Assembly (NCBI GenBank): GCA_043228905.1
Contig: JBHGNT010000004.1
Location: 7,688,001 to 7,752,000, forward strand
Length of the DNA: 64,000 nt
DNA from: Azolla caroliniana
Lineage: Eukaryota; Plantae; Polypodiophyta
Direction: 5' to 3'
A model generated the notes under the pieces. It saw only the letters and a list, made by a program, of their open reading frames with translations, had not been told where the DNA came from and made no database searches. The position numbers and the translations under genes were made by a program. Shown here piece after piece: positions 12,832-27,685 of this stretch. Position 1 is the first letter of the stretch. The number at the start of each line of letters is the position of its first letter.

Positions 12832-13460
12832 CCTGAGGTGTCTGACACAGAATGAAGGAGAGATGGATGAATGATCAGTAATAATAAAGGATGATGATCA
12901 TGAGGTGGCAGTGGCGATGGCGATGGCGATGGCGATGGCGATGGGGACCTCCATCCAAATAAAATACTGCTGCTCTGCTGCTGCTGCTGCTGCTGCTGCC
13001 TTCTCTCTCTCCCCCCCCCCCCCCCCCCCCACCTCTTTTGCTTTTCTGCTTTTTTGCCTTTTCGCTTTTCGTTTCTGCTTTCCGCTTTCTGCCTTTCGCT
13101 TTCTGCTTTTTCCTCTCCTTCGCTCTCTGCTTTCTGCCATATGGCTTATTTTTGCCTTTTACCTTTTGCTTTCTTTTGCTTTTGTGCCCTTTGGCCTTCT
13201 GCCTTTTATGATTTTTGCTCTTTGCTTTTTGCTTTTCTGCTTCCCTACGTTGCATCAGCATGTGGGCCGAGAGAGGAAAACAAATGGTAAGAGGCTCGGT
13301 CCCGGGACTCCGAAATACCGAAGTGACCAAAGAAGAATAAGATAGACGACACCGAGAGAAGAAATATGAAGACAACTATTCATGTACGAGAAGAGGAAAC
13401 TACACATGTAGAGATAGAGATCATCAATCTTCTTCCCCCCCCCCCCCCCCCCCCCCCGAG
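12690..13460. repeat. Microsatellite/low-complexity cluster in the RLK 5' leader/promoter
   Basis: Contains (GA)n at 12799-12828, (GGCGAT)n, (CTG)n, poly-C runs at 13009-13030 and 13436-13457, and a degenerate (TTTTGC)n array at ~13035-13240. Confidence 0.85.
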
Positions 13461-13998
13461 TCCTCTTCCGAATCCGATGTCCCCGATCTTCGTGACAAAC
13501 ATAAACCAAAACATATCGGATAATCGTCGTCCAATTCTTTTCCATGTCTCGCCTACTCTTTCTTTATCGCCCTCTCTCGATCACCACTTCTTCTCCATGA
13601 CTATGAGTGTCACTGGTCACTCTTCACAGAATCAACAACTCTTCAGTATCAACTGCAAAAAAAACAGGATGATATATGAAACGAAGTTTATGCATATTGT
13701 TTCCACCATTTCTTGTATGTTTTTTTTTTTTAAACCAGGAAAGTGTCCTTTTACCCTTTCTCTAGTCCAATTTGAGGACAAACTTACCGGACACGAAAAT
13801 GCTTGTCATAATAAACTTTGGAAATGAGATACTTGATTCTAGAAAATGATACCTTCTGGAAAATAAAACGATATTTTTTATTAAAGTAACCTTAAAACAT
13901 TTGAACCATTTAAGTCACAATCTATTACCGATACGTGGACAATTTGTCTATCTTACCTTATCTCCTTGTCTCATTGATGGACACATAAATGCATTGGT

Positions 13999-14108
13999 AA
14001 AGGAAAATGAGAGACTTTGTTAGATTTTGTATGTAAATTACTCACATGTCTCGAAAGGAAAATGAGAGACTTTGTTAGATTTTGTATGTAAATTACTCAC
14101 ATGTCTCG
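13999..14108. repeat. Perfect 55-bp tandem duplication
   Basis: AAAGGAAAATGAGAGACTTTGTTAGATTTTGTATGTAAATTACTCACATGTCTCG occurs at 13999-14053 and 14054-14108. Confidence 0.9.
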
Positions 14109-17100
14109 ACTCTCGAGTGTTCACTTAAGTGTACTTATAGGGATCACATATTTACTACATGTAACTTGTGTTTCTGTCTAGATTCTAGAGTCTAGACCCT
14201 ATAATGTTCATCGAGTTTGTTTACTCGGTACCTTCATAAAATTAGGTTTCCAAGGACACTATAAAATAATTCACTTGGGAGTTTTGTTTTACAATAATCT
14301 ACATTGAGAGAAAAAAATGTTCCAAGTGCTCATTAATAGTTAGACTTACAAAAGCCGACACAAATTTTACATCATCTTGATCAATGGCCATGCATTCATT
14401 TTGAGTCGAATAACTCAAAACATGTGTTTTCTTTCCTAAATCCTCACCATGTATGGGATTGATCTCTTCGACTGATGGAAGTTTCATCTTTACACTTGAT
14501 CATGCTTGGTGATACGTAATATGGGATATACCCCCTAACCTCGAAGTCTATTTTGTTGTTCTTCTTGGTATGTGCAAATCTTGGAAGTTTTAAATGATTG
14601 CAAATTGCACTAATTAGAGAATGCCTCTTGGTTTTTTATCCCTTGATCTAGCATTCTGGCTTAAATTAGAAAGTGTTTGTAAATTGACTCATGAATATCG
14701 ATGTCTTAACATTATACATAACTCACTTATTTATGCCTTGCATCCATTACTTTCTATGCCAATTGGATCATGTATATATTATTTGTTTTATCATCCCAAA
14801 GTGAACTTGTACATGTTTATTCCTATTCGCTTGTTTCAATCAAGGAGTGACGAGAATGAGTGTGAATATCATCTACAAATGAAATTTGTCATATAAATCG
14901 CGTTAAGTTGTTATCAAATAGTATCTCATAAGCATACATCATATTGAAAGAATCATCGTCCCTCCTACAGTCATTCATGATTCCCCGTTTGGATACTAGA
15001 AACTACAACATTGTAATAGTCGTATTTTATTGACTTGTCTCTTATTAACATAATGTGAGTCTTAGCTGGGAGAATCTAGAAGAGTTATGTAATTTTATTG
15101 ATGATTTGTAGCTCATGGTGAGAGAAATGTACAAAGATACCCTCAAGTTGGTATCTGTAAATTGTATGCATCTTAGGTTCATGCATCATATGCAAATGCT
15201 TGGTCCTAAGAGCTTGTTGCATGTTTATCAACTCTAGATTGCCCATAGATCTCAACTTGTTGTATCCAATACAATTGCATGGGTCCGTCTCATGCTACTC
15301 ATGCCATTCACATTCGTAGCATCATCTAATATGGGGTTCTCACACGAATTTAATTGCGATGCATATGTCCCACATGACTTTAGAACATAGCCATAAAGTT
15401 AACCTATATCAGTGTGGTTGGGAACTTATGAGCAAAGCAACAAATCCATGTTGATTGAAACTAGTGAAAATGGCCACAAGTAACCTTGTCCCCATTTCTA
15501 TGATGCTACAATGGTTTGTCGCCAACTATATTTCAACATCTCGTTTTCATGGCACGACCCTGTAAATTACCCTCACTCGACCATAAAGGCATAAGTCCTG
15601 TGTTGAGATCACCAGTGGGACTCACTAGGATCATATCACGCGTTCTAACAATCCATTGTACAAGTTTGGCACCATGTTTTTTTGTTTCTACCTTGTTTGG
15701 ACCTTTGTGTTGGGCGTCGATAACCACTCCCTTATACACTTTAGCCAATTGCATGTCAAGCATATTCCTATTAACCGGTTGACAAAGAGTATGAAAGGTA
15801 TAGTCCATTACAACTTCATGAATGAAAATTTCTACATCGTGGATTGGAATATTTTGCATTTTTTGGAAAAGATATGTGTTATATGATGTTCTTAAAAGCA
15901 GGGAGAGACTCTAAAATATCCTAAGATTTACGTATTTCTCCAAGCGCCCTTTATCAACCATCGAAAGAAAGAAATGGGGGATGAGCTAACCAAATAATGG
16001 CTCGAGCAACACATTTAGTTGCACTTTCATGGGGTTGATTTTGAGTGTTTGGAGAAATAAGAAACCTAATGGGAATTCAAGGATATAATGAAAAAATTCA
16101 AATTTGATATTTGGCTATTGGCTTCAGAGTTAACATCCTAACATCAAAGTCATGAAATTGAGAGAGCCAAAGTTTGATCCCTTGCCAGTAGCTAGGACTC
16201 TCCCCCATATATCGCAATTGATTGTTTGTCTCCCATGGATCGTGAGAACATATGTACTTATCTCAATGTTGCTTCACAACATGGAATGTTATTCTACCTT
16301 GGTAATGATGATTGTAACTATATGAAATTTATGTAATTCTTCCAAGTAAAAAAAATCAAGCCTCCGAATAATATTGAAGTCATTGTGATTTTCCCTAGGG
16401 TTTATAATCATAGGCATCTTCTTCTTTTATGGATTCGGCAAATGGTGCCTAGAAAGGCCCTTTTATTTTTAATTTGTCAAGACAATCATGTTTGCAAATG
16501 TACTAATTACCACCAGACATCTAAAGGTTGTATGAAAATGAATCATGTGGAACATGTTTACGAATTAAGGAGTAGCATTAACTCTACGTCGGATGGTATA
16601 TTTTCATAAGAAGGCCATAAACAATGGAATGGATTAACTGTCTTGTGTGGATTAGTGACTTCCAAGGATGTTTTGGGAGCCGGAAAGGTGTGCCAACATG
16701 TAGTAAAGTTTAACGATAAATTGTTTCGTATAAATAGTACGCTTTTAGCTAATCGAACATAAGTACGTTAAATTGCAAGACGACAATCATGTGTGAATAA
16801 GCAAAAGATCTACATGAATATGTTAGCATAATAGTTAACATTTTCCCCTTAAAGCATATAATACTTCTAAGTAGCACCCTATTTACCAAATATAGAAGGG
16901 GTAAATAGTTATGGCCCATGGGTATTGATCAGTTTGGAGGTAAACAAATATATGTAAAAATTATGAGTGCTACTTAAAGGGATTTTTAGGCTTGTTTCAA
17001 CTTTCATAATGGGTGATGTGCGAATACCCTGTTTTATTGCTTGCCAAATGAAAGTTATTGTCTACTTATGTACCCTAGTAGTAAGCAATGTTTCTTTCCT

Positions 17101-18100
17101 TGTTGCACATAGGTTCGAGGCACATTAATTCACGATGTGCCACTTTGGAATGAATATGGAGTAGGGGGTTGCATGCACAAATATTAGGACAATACCCCAA
17201 TAGTGAGATATATATGTCCTTTTGCTTAATCTCTCACTTTCATACTAGAGCAATACCCCAGTAGTGAGCAATGTTTTCAATACTGTTACATCTATGTTCA
17301 AATCTCCACTAATTTATTAGATGCCACTTCAAAATATAGTAGTCGAAAGCATGACCTTTCTTTTCATTATCACGCAGATACATTGTCTCTCTTTAACTTC
17401 ATGTGAGGGTTTCATGGCAAGACATATGCTACCCAATCTATCCATCTCAAGTTCAACCTCACTAACTACACTACTTCAACATCCATGGCCAACATGACCT
17501 TCTGGTCCCATGGGACATGTCTTTAGCTACTTGAAGATATTAAAATACATTAGACCATCATTATTGTCCCTCTCGTTCTCATTCTCAAAACACTCATATG
17601 ACCAATCCATTTACAACAAAGCTCTTATGGGTGCTCTTCCACAATCTTCACAAGAAATATCCAATACATAACTTCTGTAAAAAATTCCAAGCACTTTCAT
17701 GATGTGTCAAAACTCTATGATACATCCACTTATTGTGATAATGTTGGAGATTTGCGAGGGCATGATTATGTTTTTTGTTAGTACCAAGCATGTATTGATG
17801 GCAAAATGCTAATACTAAACCTTGTTTAGTGATAAGTCAAGCTTAAAAATAGGGTGGATAAAGGATAAGATGGATGGAATTGAACTCTGAGTTGCTATAT
17901 AATGAGGAAATCTTGTAACATGGGATTTGGATTTACCTCGTCACCCTAAACTGGTGAATATGGATGAGGCATGTTTTTGTTCTCTCTTAGTATTTAGGAC
18001 CTAGAGAACGAGTGCTTTATGTGCTTCATTCTCTACTTTGGCGAAGTCTATGCAACTTCCTTTATTATGTCCTTACCTTTATGGCATTCATGAACCTAGC

Positions 18101-18371
18101 ATAAGGGTCATATATACCATCCTCATTCCATGTCCGTAACCAATTTCATTTCATTGTTGCATACATGCACCTTCTCTAGTTTGTGGGGCTCACCCCTATA
18201 GGAGAATAATACAAATTTCTTCGATTATGTATTCATAGCTAGACTCATTAGGGGTGAGCCCCACAACCTAGAGAAGGCACATGTATAAGGGTCAATACAA
18301 CATCCTCATTCCATGTCCATAACCAATTTCATTTCGTCATTGCATACATCCTCCTATAGGTTGTGAGGCTC
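18101..18371. repeat. Compound repeat: 38-bp inverted repeat (18161-18198 / 18249-18286) embedded in a ~90-bp direct duplication
   Basis: Arms ATACATGCACCTTCTCTAGTTTGTGGGGCTCACCCCTA and TAGGGGTGAGCCCCACAACCTAGAGAAGGCACATGTAT have 3 mismatches and a 50-nt spacer. 18101-18194 is repeated imperfectly at 18285-18371. Confidence 0.8.
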
Positions 18372-21300
18372 TACTTGTATCCACCTAGTGTCCATCCATC
18401 AAGTACGATTATTGTTGAGCAATTCAACCCCAAAATGCATACACATACTCCTAAACTCGTTGTGTACACACTCATGTCATGGTTGGACTCGTGTGTGATA
18501 TTATGAGTTGTGTGACATGGGGCATCCCTAAAATGTATAATTCTACAAATATATGCATTTGTAACAAAAAAAAGTTATATAAGGGTTGGAGTAAGAGCTC
18601 GACGAACCACTAGGGATATGTTGAAAAAGGGTTGTCTGAAGTTTCTGAGAATATTTGCAATATGGCAAGCCATAATTTGTATTTCTTTCTACATAAGACT
18701 TGAAATTAGAACTCAATGAAGCAAAGGAATGGAAATGATGTGTGAAAGAAGAGTGAATAACCTTTTACATAAAATTAAAGTGTAGCCATTAAATATTTTA
18801 TATGCTTGTGATAGTTGAGCTTTAGCTTATTAGCTTATGCGTTTTTCAAGAGAGGGGGAACTTTATTCTAGCCTTTTTTTAGGGGGAAATTTGGTTGATT
18901 AAGAATTGACTCACTTAAGACATACTTAATGGTGGGTTCATAAGATTCGATTAATTATATTATTACATTATCACCTAATTATATAATGTTAGAAAACCAA
19001 TTAGGACAATCAATAAATTTATTCAATAGAGTTATTATGAATACAACTAGTGAAATTAGCATTGTTATTAGTATGAACCACAACATTAATTGTCATACTC
19101 ATCGTAAACTAAATATGATAACTAACAATAATGATGCTAATTACATCTCTCAAGACAAATCTAATTACCTCACTAATCACAAATTTGATATTCATAATTA
19201 GCACAAATGATGCAAAATAGGCAAACTATATGATTTTAAGCATATGGGCCTTGTCGTATATCCACCTTTTGAGTCTTGACCGAGGACATAAAGTGTTGTT
19301 TTAAATATACAAAGTGTAAGATCAATATTACCTCTTAGAGTACGAGCCTCAAGGGGAGCAGTATTGATATTTCCCTTTCATAGGTGTTATGGTCTATGCT
19401 CATCTAAAGATTCGAGTTCACATTAGATTTACACTCTAAAGAAGATTATTCTTACAAAGGTTGTTTCTCATATATGGTGGAGCGACAAGGCTATTGGTGT
19501 ATGTCGCGCAAAGTTCTAATATCTCAAGGGATAAATTATCTTTTAAATCAAAACTACTACGGTCTTTTAAGGATTTTGATGGGCATTAAAAAACGACTGA
19601 AACTTGTATTAAATAGCTTTAAATCCTAAGAGTAATCGCAATTCTTCGTGATGAAAAACATGAATTCCTATATCAAAGAGGAGTAAATATTTCGTTGTTG
19701 CGATGCATACCATAAACCTTCATGGATCCCTGTCATTTATTCTCAAGACTAACCATTACATGTAAACTATTGTTTTATTGATAAAATCAAAAGAAAGGAA
19801 TTTATAAATCCTTTATAGATCCGAAATGTGAAAAAGCAATTCAAAGGATCGTAAGAGCACATGGCATTCAACCACGTAAAGCTCACAAAGCCACACATGT
19901 TCATGTTCACTTTCTATCTGCCTTCTCTTAAAGAATAATAGTTTCAAGCATTTGGAAACGAGAAAGTGCCATCAATTCTTTTCGGTACACGATTTGCAAC
20001 AGTTTATCACGTTTATGATCTTCTCCGATGATTGCCGAGAGGATTTTTCATTTGATCTAATTTCACATTAAAATTATTAAAAGATAGTATAATGGAAACA
20101 TGGAAACTTGCATATGGTAGTTTAAGTATTCTTTACCCCTTTCAAAAGCACCGGCCTCACCAAAGCCTAAAAAAGATAAAAGCTAGAGTCATGTGCCACA
20201 AGAACGGCATAGCTTTTACCTTTCCGAAAAGATAAAAGCTAGACTCATGTGCCGCAAGAGGGACATTGCATTCTCTCCCACTGTGATGGACACATGAGGG
20301 GGACCCATTATTTGTGAGTTGGATAGACAACAACAATTTCGTATCCTCCCACACACTCCCATGTAAGGATGATACACAACTTAGTGCCAATGGTTTATCG
20401 CGATGCTTGCTACTTGCACATTGCCCCCATGTGGGAAGAGGCAACATGTCATAATCACGCTATTGTATTCTTTTTTATTCTCATGTGCGAAGCTTCCTTA
20501 TCATGTCTCACCATGAAATAGGAATGAACTTGCGAAAAGAACATACATATATACATCTGAAGCCTTACTCGATGGGTTTTATAATTGTGAAAGAATGATA
20601 GAAAACATAAGTAAAAGTGTTTTGTTCACATGTTATAGATTTATTATGAAAACAATGGCAACAAAGTAGAAAGCGTGTAGTGTTCCAATTTGTTGCATTA
20701 GCTCTATGTTCCTCTATACAATTGAAATTTGGGTCATTGGCTACATAATGCTGCTTTTTAAAGTCAGTTATGTTGCACATGTAAACCATTAGTTAAAACT
20801 ACTTGACCTTGGGAATCACTATCTTATTATTTACATCTCTAATCTAATGTTTAACGGAAATGCCAATTGCCTCTTTGCCACAATTTTTAAAATGTATTGA
20901 ACGCCTATGTCTCAACGTATTTCTCAACCCTTTCTTCTTTACATGCTTTTGCAACTCAGTGAGTACGTTACCCACAAAGTGTTTACCAAAAGATTTGTTT
21001 TAATAAATGAAAAAGGTACCTACATATGTATGATCATCAAGTTGTTTCTAATAAGTTGGTTTATTTACATTACAATAAACATACACATGTTGAGCAATTA
21101 CAACAATATTAGTTTTAGTTTTCAAGGTCAATACATCATATACGATTGATTATTAACTTGAAGAGCAAATACATATGAGATTGTTAACTTATTCTTTCGA
21201 GCAAAGGTTGGGAACTTATGTCTAGCTACTCATTGTAGATTAAGCTTAGAACTTGTACTGCAATTCTTTCATCTACCTTTCCTCTTCACTTTCTTCAACA

Positions 21301-23539
21301 TGGCATTACAAGTATTTGTTCCAACGATAAATGCCACTTTCTAAAGGACAAGTGATCATCTACACACCAATCATTTGTTAGACCAAATATTATATACATC
21401 GTACCCATGATACTTCTTGCTTTTATGTGTTTCACGCTTCTTATGCATTGTCTTCTAAGTTTTGCCACGAAATTTGTCTATTTGCAACTTGATTTTGCAA
21501 CCTTTTTTTCCCTTTGTAACATTTCAAGTAATCATTGAAGCAATTGAAAAAGACGAATTCATTCTTATGAATGTGACAAGAAGGTGACTCTTTACAACAA
21601 CTAAAAAGAAGAGGAACGTGTGTACAACAATATATGAGTTTTTCCACTTCTTTAGTACTCACTCCAAAATTTTCATATAGTTCCTTGGAGTTTTCCTATT
21701 ATTAGTGTCTTCATTATGTTGGGTGGCACAAATGATGGGAAGAGAGAGGTTAAATTTACATACTCACATGTGCATGTGTTGGATGGACCTACTTTATCAT
21801 CCTCATATCTATTGAATGGAAAATGCACATGACACACACGATGTCAATACACAATTCTCTCTCTTTCTCTTTCTCTTTCTCTTTCTCTCTCCCCCATATC
21901 CGCTCGCAATTGTTCTTTTTCTTTTGGAGTGAGGTGGTGTAGCATACAACTAAAAAAGTTAAGCCCAAGTCATGTTGTCTTTTAACACGAAACATTTTCA
22001 TGTGCTCGTCTGCGTTGTCAAACTCAAGAACTTCATTATCACCATCTTGGGCAAAACTCTACATTCTTATTTATCAGTCTAACATATCACAGTTGATTGT
22101 TGTAGGGCATATGACAAACTATATTCTCTCAAGCAAATTATTCCGAACTTATTTGCTAATTATTATTGATATGATAACTAGCTAAGTACAACTAGTTCCA
22201 ATTATAGTCTGAAGGATGTTTCACAATGGATTTAATTATACTTGATTCCTTAATATTGTTCTCACATGTTACAACTTACAATTATCTATTGCACCAATTT
22301 GGAGATCTTTGAAATAGGTTGATCCAGTTTGAAAGACACCCGTTCAAAATCCAAGCTAAGATTCAAGAACAATCTCATTCCTTGGGAATATTAAATTTAT
22401 TGACTACAAGACAATCACAATCATGTACAAATCATGTACAGTATTGAGCATTTATGGCAATTCTTTTTATTTGTGTTTCCTTATTAAGGCAAATGCTTAA
22501 GTTTTCCCTTATATGATTCTACAAAAAAAATAAAAAGATGGCAAGTTTGAAGTTGTAAGAGCAATTTGTAACTTCTAAATCTAGATGACACTTTATGAAG
22601 AAAATCAAAATTTACACCTATTCATATTTATAGAAGATCAAATATTACCCATGGTAGACAAGGTAGACCCATCTTTATAATTTGAATTTAATAGCTTATA
22701 GATGCTAAAGTTAAAATTGAAGCCATCGATACTCCGATGATAATCTTTAAGAGAGAATGTTGCCATTCTTGTTGGTCAATTAGGGCACATCCTTAGAGGT
22801 ATATGATACAAATTGTATGCAAAGCCAAGTATACACATTCATATAAGGTCATACAAATTTTATATTTTATATTGCCACTAAATGCATACACTTCATTATT
22901 GCTACACAAGTCTTTTTTGGGTTTGCAAACATGAAAATACCCCTCATACTAAGGCAGCATCAAGGATATGTAATGATAAAATAAATGCATTAGTTTTCAA
23001 TCCTTGTGATGATTTAAAGTCCTCACATCTAGGAGCATGGAACTAAAATATATGGAGTAAGGCAACATCACTTTATGGCCTTGTGATGAATTCATAACAT
23101 TATTTTCAATTCTTGGGGTGATTTGTAAAGCATTGTCAACATAAACAATTTGTTAGCATGCGTGATCACAAAAAACTTTAAAAGATGACGAATGTTTATA
23201 TTTAATGCGACAAGTTTGTTGTCTCAATCTTGAACAAATGGCAAGGTTGTAAAATGTTTGCATTCAAGTGTTTATTATAGGTAATAAGCAAAGTGAGGCC
23301 AAATTGGTAGGGATAGTTTCATAATATTACATTGTCTATGAAGGCAATGCTTTCATATAACACTTTACGTTACAATTTCTTCATTTCATCAAGAATCAAT
23401 ATATGTGATCTTTTTTTGAAATGTTGTCCAAAATTTAAGATCCTAATGGGAATTTATGCCTTCAAATGAATTTAATTAGATGTCATATACGCTATGCTTC
23501 ATGAATGGTTATATTCATCGAAAGTATGTATGTTAGATT

Positions 23540-23965
23540 ATGTTATCCTAGAATGCGGCATTTTTTATGCAAACTTGGATAGTTCAAACGATCATGGATG
23601 TAAAGATGCAATTCCTTTACAAATGTGGAGAGGCACAACATATCAATAAATTAAATTGTTAGGATTTGAATCGTGGTTATGAGACTGTGTTGTTGCATAA
23701 TTAAAAGTTCCACCCATTTTACTTTCCAATCGTTGATATGTCACATTGTGATTAAAGATAGGTTGATTGGCGTTCCAACCACTAATGTAGTGGCATGATT
23801 ATGTTTCATTTAAGCGCCTCAATTAGTGATATTGTTTTTCTGCCCTTTTTCCGACCAATGACACATCAAGAGCAGTACATGAGCATCTTATCACTATACT
23901 TACACAACTACCCAACCAAACACAGAAAGTGGGCCAATTGCCATGTTCGAGGATAAAGAGTTGAC
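23540..23965 (+). mobile_element. Possible extremely decayed copia RT/RNase H trace
   Basis: TGGATAGTTCAA..ATGGATGTAAAGATGCAATTCCTT resembles W.V.QMDVK.AFL. ACCAAACAC..CCATGTTCGAG resembles TKHI..H.VR. Only short motifs survive. Confidence 0.3.
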
Positions 23966-24710
23966 AACCAAAATAATGGAAAGTCTATTACTGGCATCGT
24001 GTAATAGATAGAATACATTTGCAAGTTGTAACATCAAATCATTATATCCGAAGGGTACATAGAAGCAAAGTGTTTTACTGACCCATAAAACATTGGTAGG
24101 AATGTAAATCCAATGAATGATATCCTAATGAAATTGAGTGTGACCAAATTTATTCATTAGATATTGAAATGTCTTGTACATATGCAATAGAAGAAACTCG
24201 CGTACAAAGTAACACCTCCATGCTATTTCATGGTATGAAGGGTGCTAGAACTATAAGAATGAGAGAAATAGTTGTGTAATGAGCATGTTGGGTGGTAGGT
24301 TGAAGTGCGAGGCCTCATTGATGAGGTGAAGCCTCTAGCGTATGATTACAATTTATGGCACTAAAAGATTTGTTGTGTCTTCTTCTCTTTTCCCTCATTT
24401 TTTTATCTTCATCAACTCAACTTATACATATTCACGGAACCATAGCAAGATAGGCATTGATGGCTGCACATTTTCATAGTAGTGTTAGATGTAATTGCAA
24501 AAAAAAAAAAGCATGTTCCAAAAAACATAGGTATGTTTGTCATTCCAAATAGCCCTAGCATAATAAAATAAGTAAGGAAATTTGTTTCACCTAGAGGATT
24601 GCTAGGGAACAATTTGAGAACATAAAAAAGGTAGCAGACAAAAAGTAAGCTCAAAGACATAGATTCAATCTTTCGTGATGGATAAACTCAGCAACATTAG
24701 AGTGGGTCTT

Positions 24711-24867
24711 TGTTGAATACAAGTCTCTAATGGACGTATTCACATTGTCCCATTGGACACACTAGGTTTAGGCGATTTCTATAAATAGTGGAAAGGGCAG
24801 TTGCCCTAAGTTAGTTAGTATTTAAATTGACTCTTGTAACCTAGTGTTAAGGTTGTTCATTTTGTAT
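24711..24867 (+). mobile_element. 5' half (U3) of an old LTR, interrupted by element A
   Basis: Starts TGTTGAATAC..TAATGGACGTATTCACA, nearly the same as the D LTR start (TGTCGAATAC..TAATGGACGTATTCACA). It contains AAAGGGCAGTTGCCCTAAG and a TATTTAAA box. The other half was not found. Confidence 0.7.
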
Positions 24868-27685
24868 TGTTGAGAATCGAACTCAACTTCCCCAATAAAA
24901 TTGCTTTCGCACTAGCCAATGGACATACTAGGCCAGTTTTGTAAATAGTAGAAAGGGTAGTTGCCCTAGACTAGTTGGTATTTAAACCAACCTTTTGTAA
25001 CTTAGTTACTGTTGGATTGTAATAATCTTTTTCACTAATATAGCTTCTGGTTCTAGTCTCTCTCTCACTCATCCTCTCTGTGCGTCTTATGTACTAACAC
25101 ACAGTTCACTTCCACTGCACAACATCACTTGCGTCACCCATTTCTTTACATGGTGTCAAAGCGTGTGGTGGTCTGATCAAACTCGCTCAACTGTGTTGTG
25201 CTACACACTGACAATCAACAAAATCGGTTCAACAATAGAGAAGAAAATGACACCATGAACACTCAGATGGGAAGCTGTCTTCCTACAGAGAAGCTCGATA
25301 GGACAAACTTCGCATCTTGGGAATACAAGATGCATCAATACCTTGTTAGACAAGGTTATTGGAGCTATATCGAAGGAGCTTACGAAAGCGAACCCAACCC
25401 AACACATGCCGACTACCCAAGATGGGAGCAAGCGGCCAGTTGTGTGTTGTATTGCCATGCATCATGCGTTCATAATCATATGTTCGACTTTATTCGAGAG
25501 GCGAAAACGCCAAAGGAAGCTTGGGCCAACCTCAAGAAAATCTTCGCAACCAACACGGTTGCACGTAAGCTCCAACTATGGCAGGAGTTGAATAACATGC
25601 AACAGAGGGACATGTCAATCACCAACTATACATTGAAGATCAAGGAGCTGTGTGATGCCCTCTGGTTGATCAATGTCATAATCAAAGTTGATGAAATGGT
25701 GCAAATATTCCTCGGCAGCCTAGCACCGCGATTTGGCACAATCAGATCAACCATTCTTGTAAGGGAGAATCCTCCCTCCTTTTTCGATCTTCAATCAATA
25801 CTATTGGTTGAAGAAAATCATGCCCAAGAAAGGAGCAATGCACCCAATGGTCAAATGCTCTATTCCTAGTCGGTCGAGGAAACAAAGGCTGATTTGGTCG
25901 AGGCCGACAGGGTCAACCGACCCGAGAACACAATTCCCACCATTGACAAGAGGCCAGGAACACTCCTAGGGAGTTCGGCAGAAGGGGGAGCCATCCTACC
26001 GAACCAAGCCACCAAAATAGCTTGATTGAATGCGGGTACTATGGAAAATTCGGTCACAACGAAGAGGAGTGCCAAAAGAAGAAACGAGAGTTGACTTCGA
26101 TCAGTCGACATCTCATGAACTATGCTACGAATTTTGAGTATGACGATCATGGCAAGATGTTCGTAATGATGCATATAGCACATTCGATGTCGGCACAGGG
26201 CCCGACTAGCACCTCTTTCTCAGACAATGTATGATTTGTAGACTCTAGAGTGTCCAATCACATGACGTCTCACGAAGATTGGTTCCAAGAGTTGAGAAAG
26301 CTCGATTGACCCGGTTATGTCGAAACCAGAGATGACACAACTCACTTGATTTGGCATGTCGGAAATGTCCCATTCGGGAATAACGACAAACAAACCTACC
26401 TCAAGAACGTCTTCCATGTCCCAACCATCACGAAAAACCTGGTCTCGGTCGGCTAGATTGTCGAACAAGGCATGCAAGTAGGATTCAATAATGACGGGTG
26501 CTTTATTGAAAAAGAATGCCGACTAGTAGCTCACGGTCGAAGAGAATGCTGAATGTTCATCCTCGAATCGAAATAGGTGAAGTCAGCTATGTTCGCAAAA
26601 TGCCTCAAGGTTGAAACCAAATTGAAACTGTGGCACAAAAAAATTGGCCACATCAATCTCCAGAAGCTCAAAGGAATGCAGTCAAAAGGATTCGTCATCG
26701 GACTCCTGACATTTATCGAAAAGGAGATGGTAGGTGTATGTGAAGCCTGCTAGTTTGGCAAACAACACCGACAACCGTTCCCGAACGAGAGGAACGTGAA
26801 TAAAGGGATCCTGGATTTAGTACATTCAGATGTATGGGGACCGTTGAGAGATCAAGCTCAACTAGAGTTAGTTAGTTAGTCAACCGTGTAACTTCGTAGT
26901 TACCTAGATAGAATCTAGTTAGAAGTGTTGACTATAACGACTTAAATAGGACCTTGTACTTAAGTGGGATATTCTAGATCCTCCACTCCTAAGTGTTAGG
27001 AAACAGGTCCCTCCGGATGGGAAGTGAGAAGAACAAAGTTGATGAGCAACTCGGCCGAGGCTAAATCCGGATGTGGAGTACCCGGCAATGGAAGACCCGA
27101 TGAGAACCGGATGACAAGTACCCGGCAAGGAAGGCCCGGTGAGAACCGGATAACGAGTGCCCGGCAAGAGCCGGATGATGCAAGCCCGGTGAGGAGTGCT
27201 CACCGGATAAAGGGACATATTCGTAAAAATGCTTCTGAGAGTCCATTGGGGCTATATTTGTAAATAGCCAAAAAGTCATATTAGTATAAATATGACTTAG
27301 GGCAAACTTAGCGTAGTGTAGTTGTCATTCTTGTTGGTGCAAGATTTGAGTGCATAATTGTGTACAGAGAGAGAGAGAGAGAGGAAGAGGTTGTTGCCTC
27401 TGTTGTAACTGCCGCCTGTGGCGAAGATAGCAAGCTCGAGGTTGTTGCCTCAGTGCTTTACTATTGTACATTGTGATATAGTGATAGTTTGCAGTCTGTG
27501 GGCTGCTGTGGTTTTTCCCTAGTTTGGGTTTTCCATGTAAACATCCTGTGTACTCTCCTCTTCATTCTGTCGTGCATACATTACCCGTTTTCTGTGTTTG
27601 ATCCTAGATTCGGTTGTGGCTGAGCGTTGTTTGCGGAGCGTGTAGTCCCTTTCAAACTGGTATTAGAGCGAAACGACATAGAAAA

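Noticed and set aside
12875-13375. 166-aa Lys/Arg-rich ORF and overlapping ORFs upstream of the RLK
   Set aside because: These are translations of (TTTTGC)n, poly-C and triplet repeats, with no domain.
14110-24700. Short ORFs in the AT-rich intergenic region (for example 15533-15859 and 20157-20447)
   Set aside because: No recognisable domains or splice-consistent structure; probably old TE debris and RLK upstream DNA.
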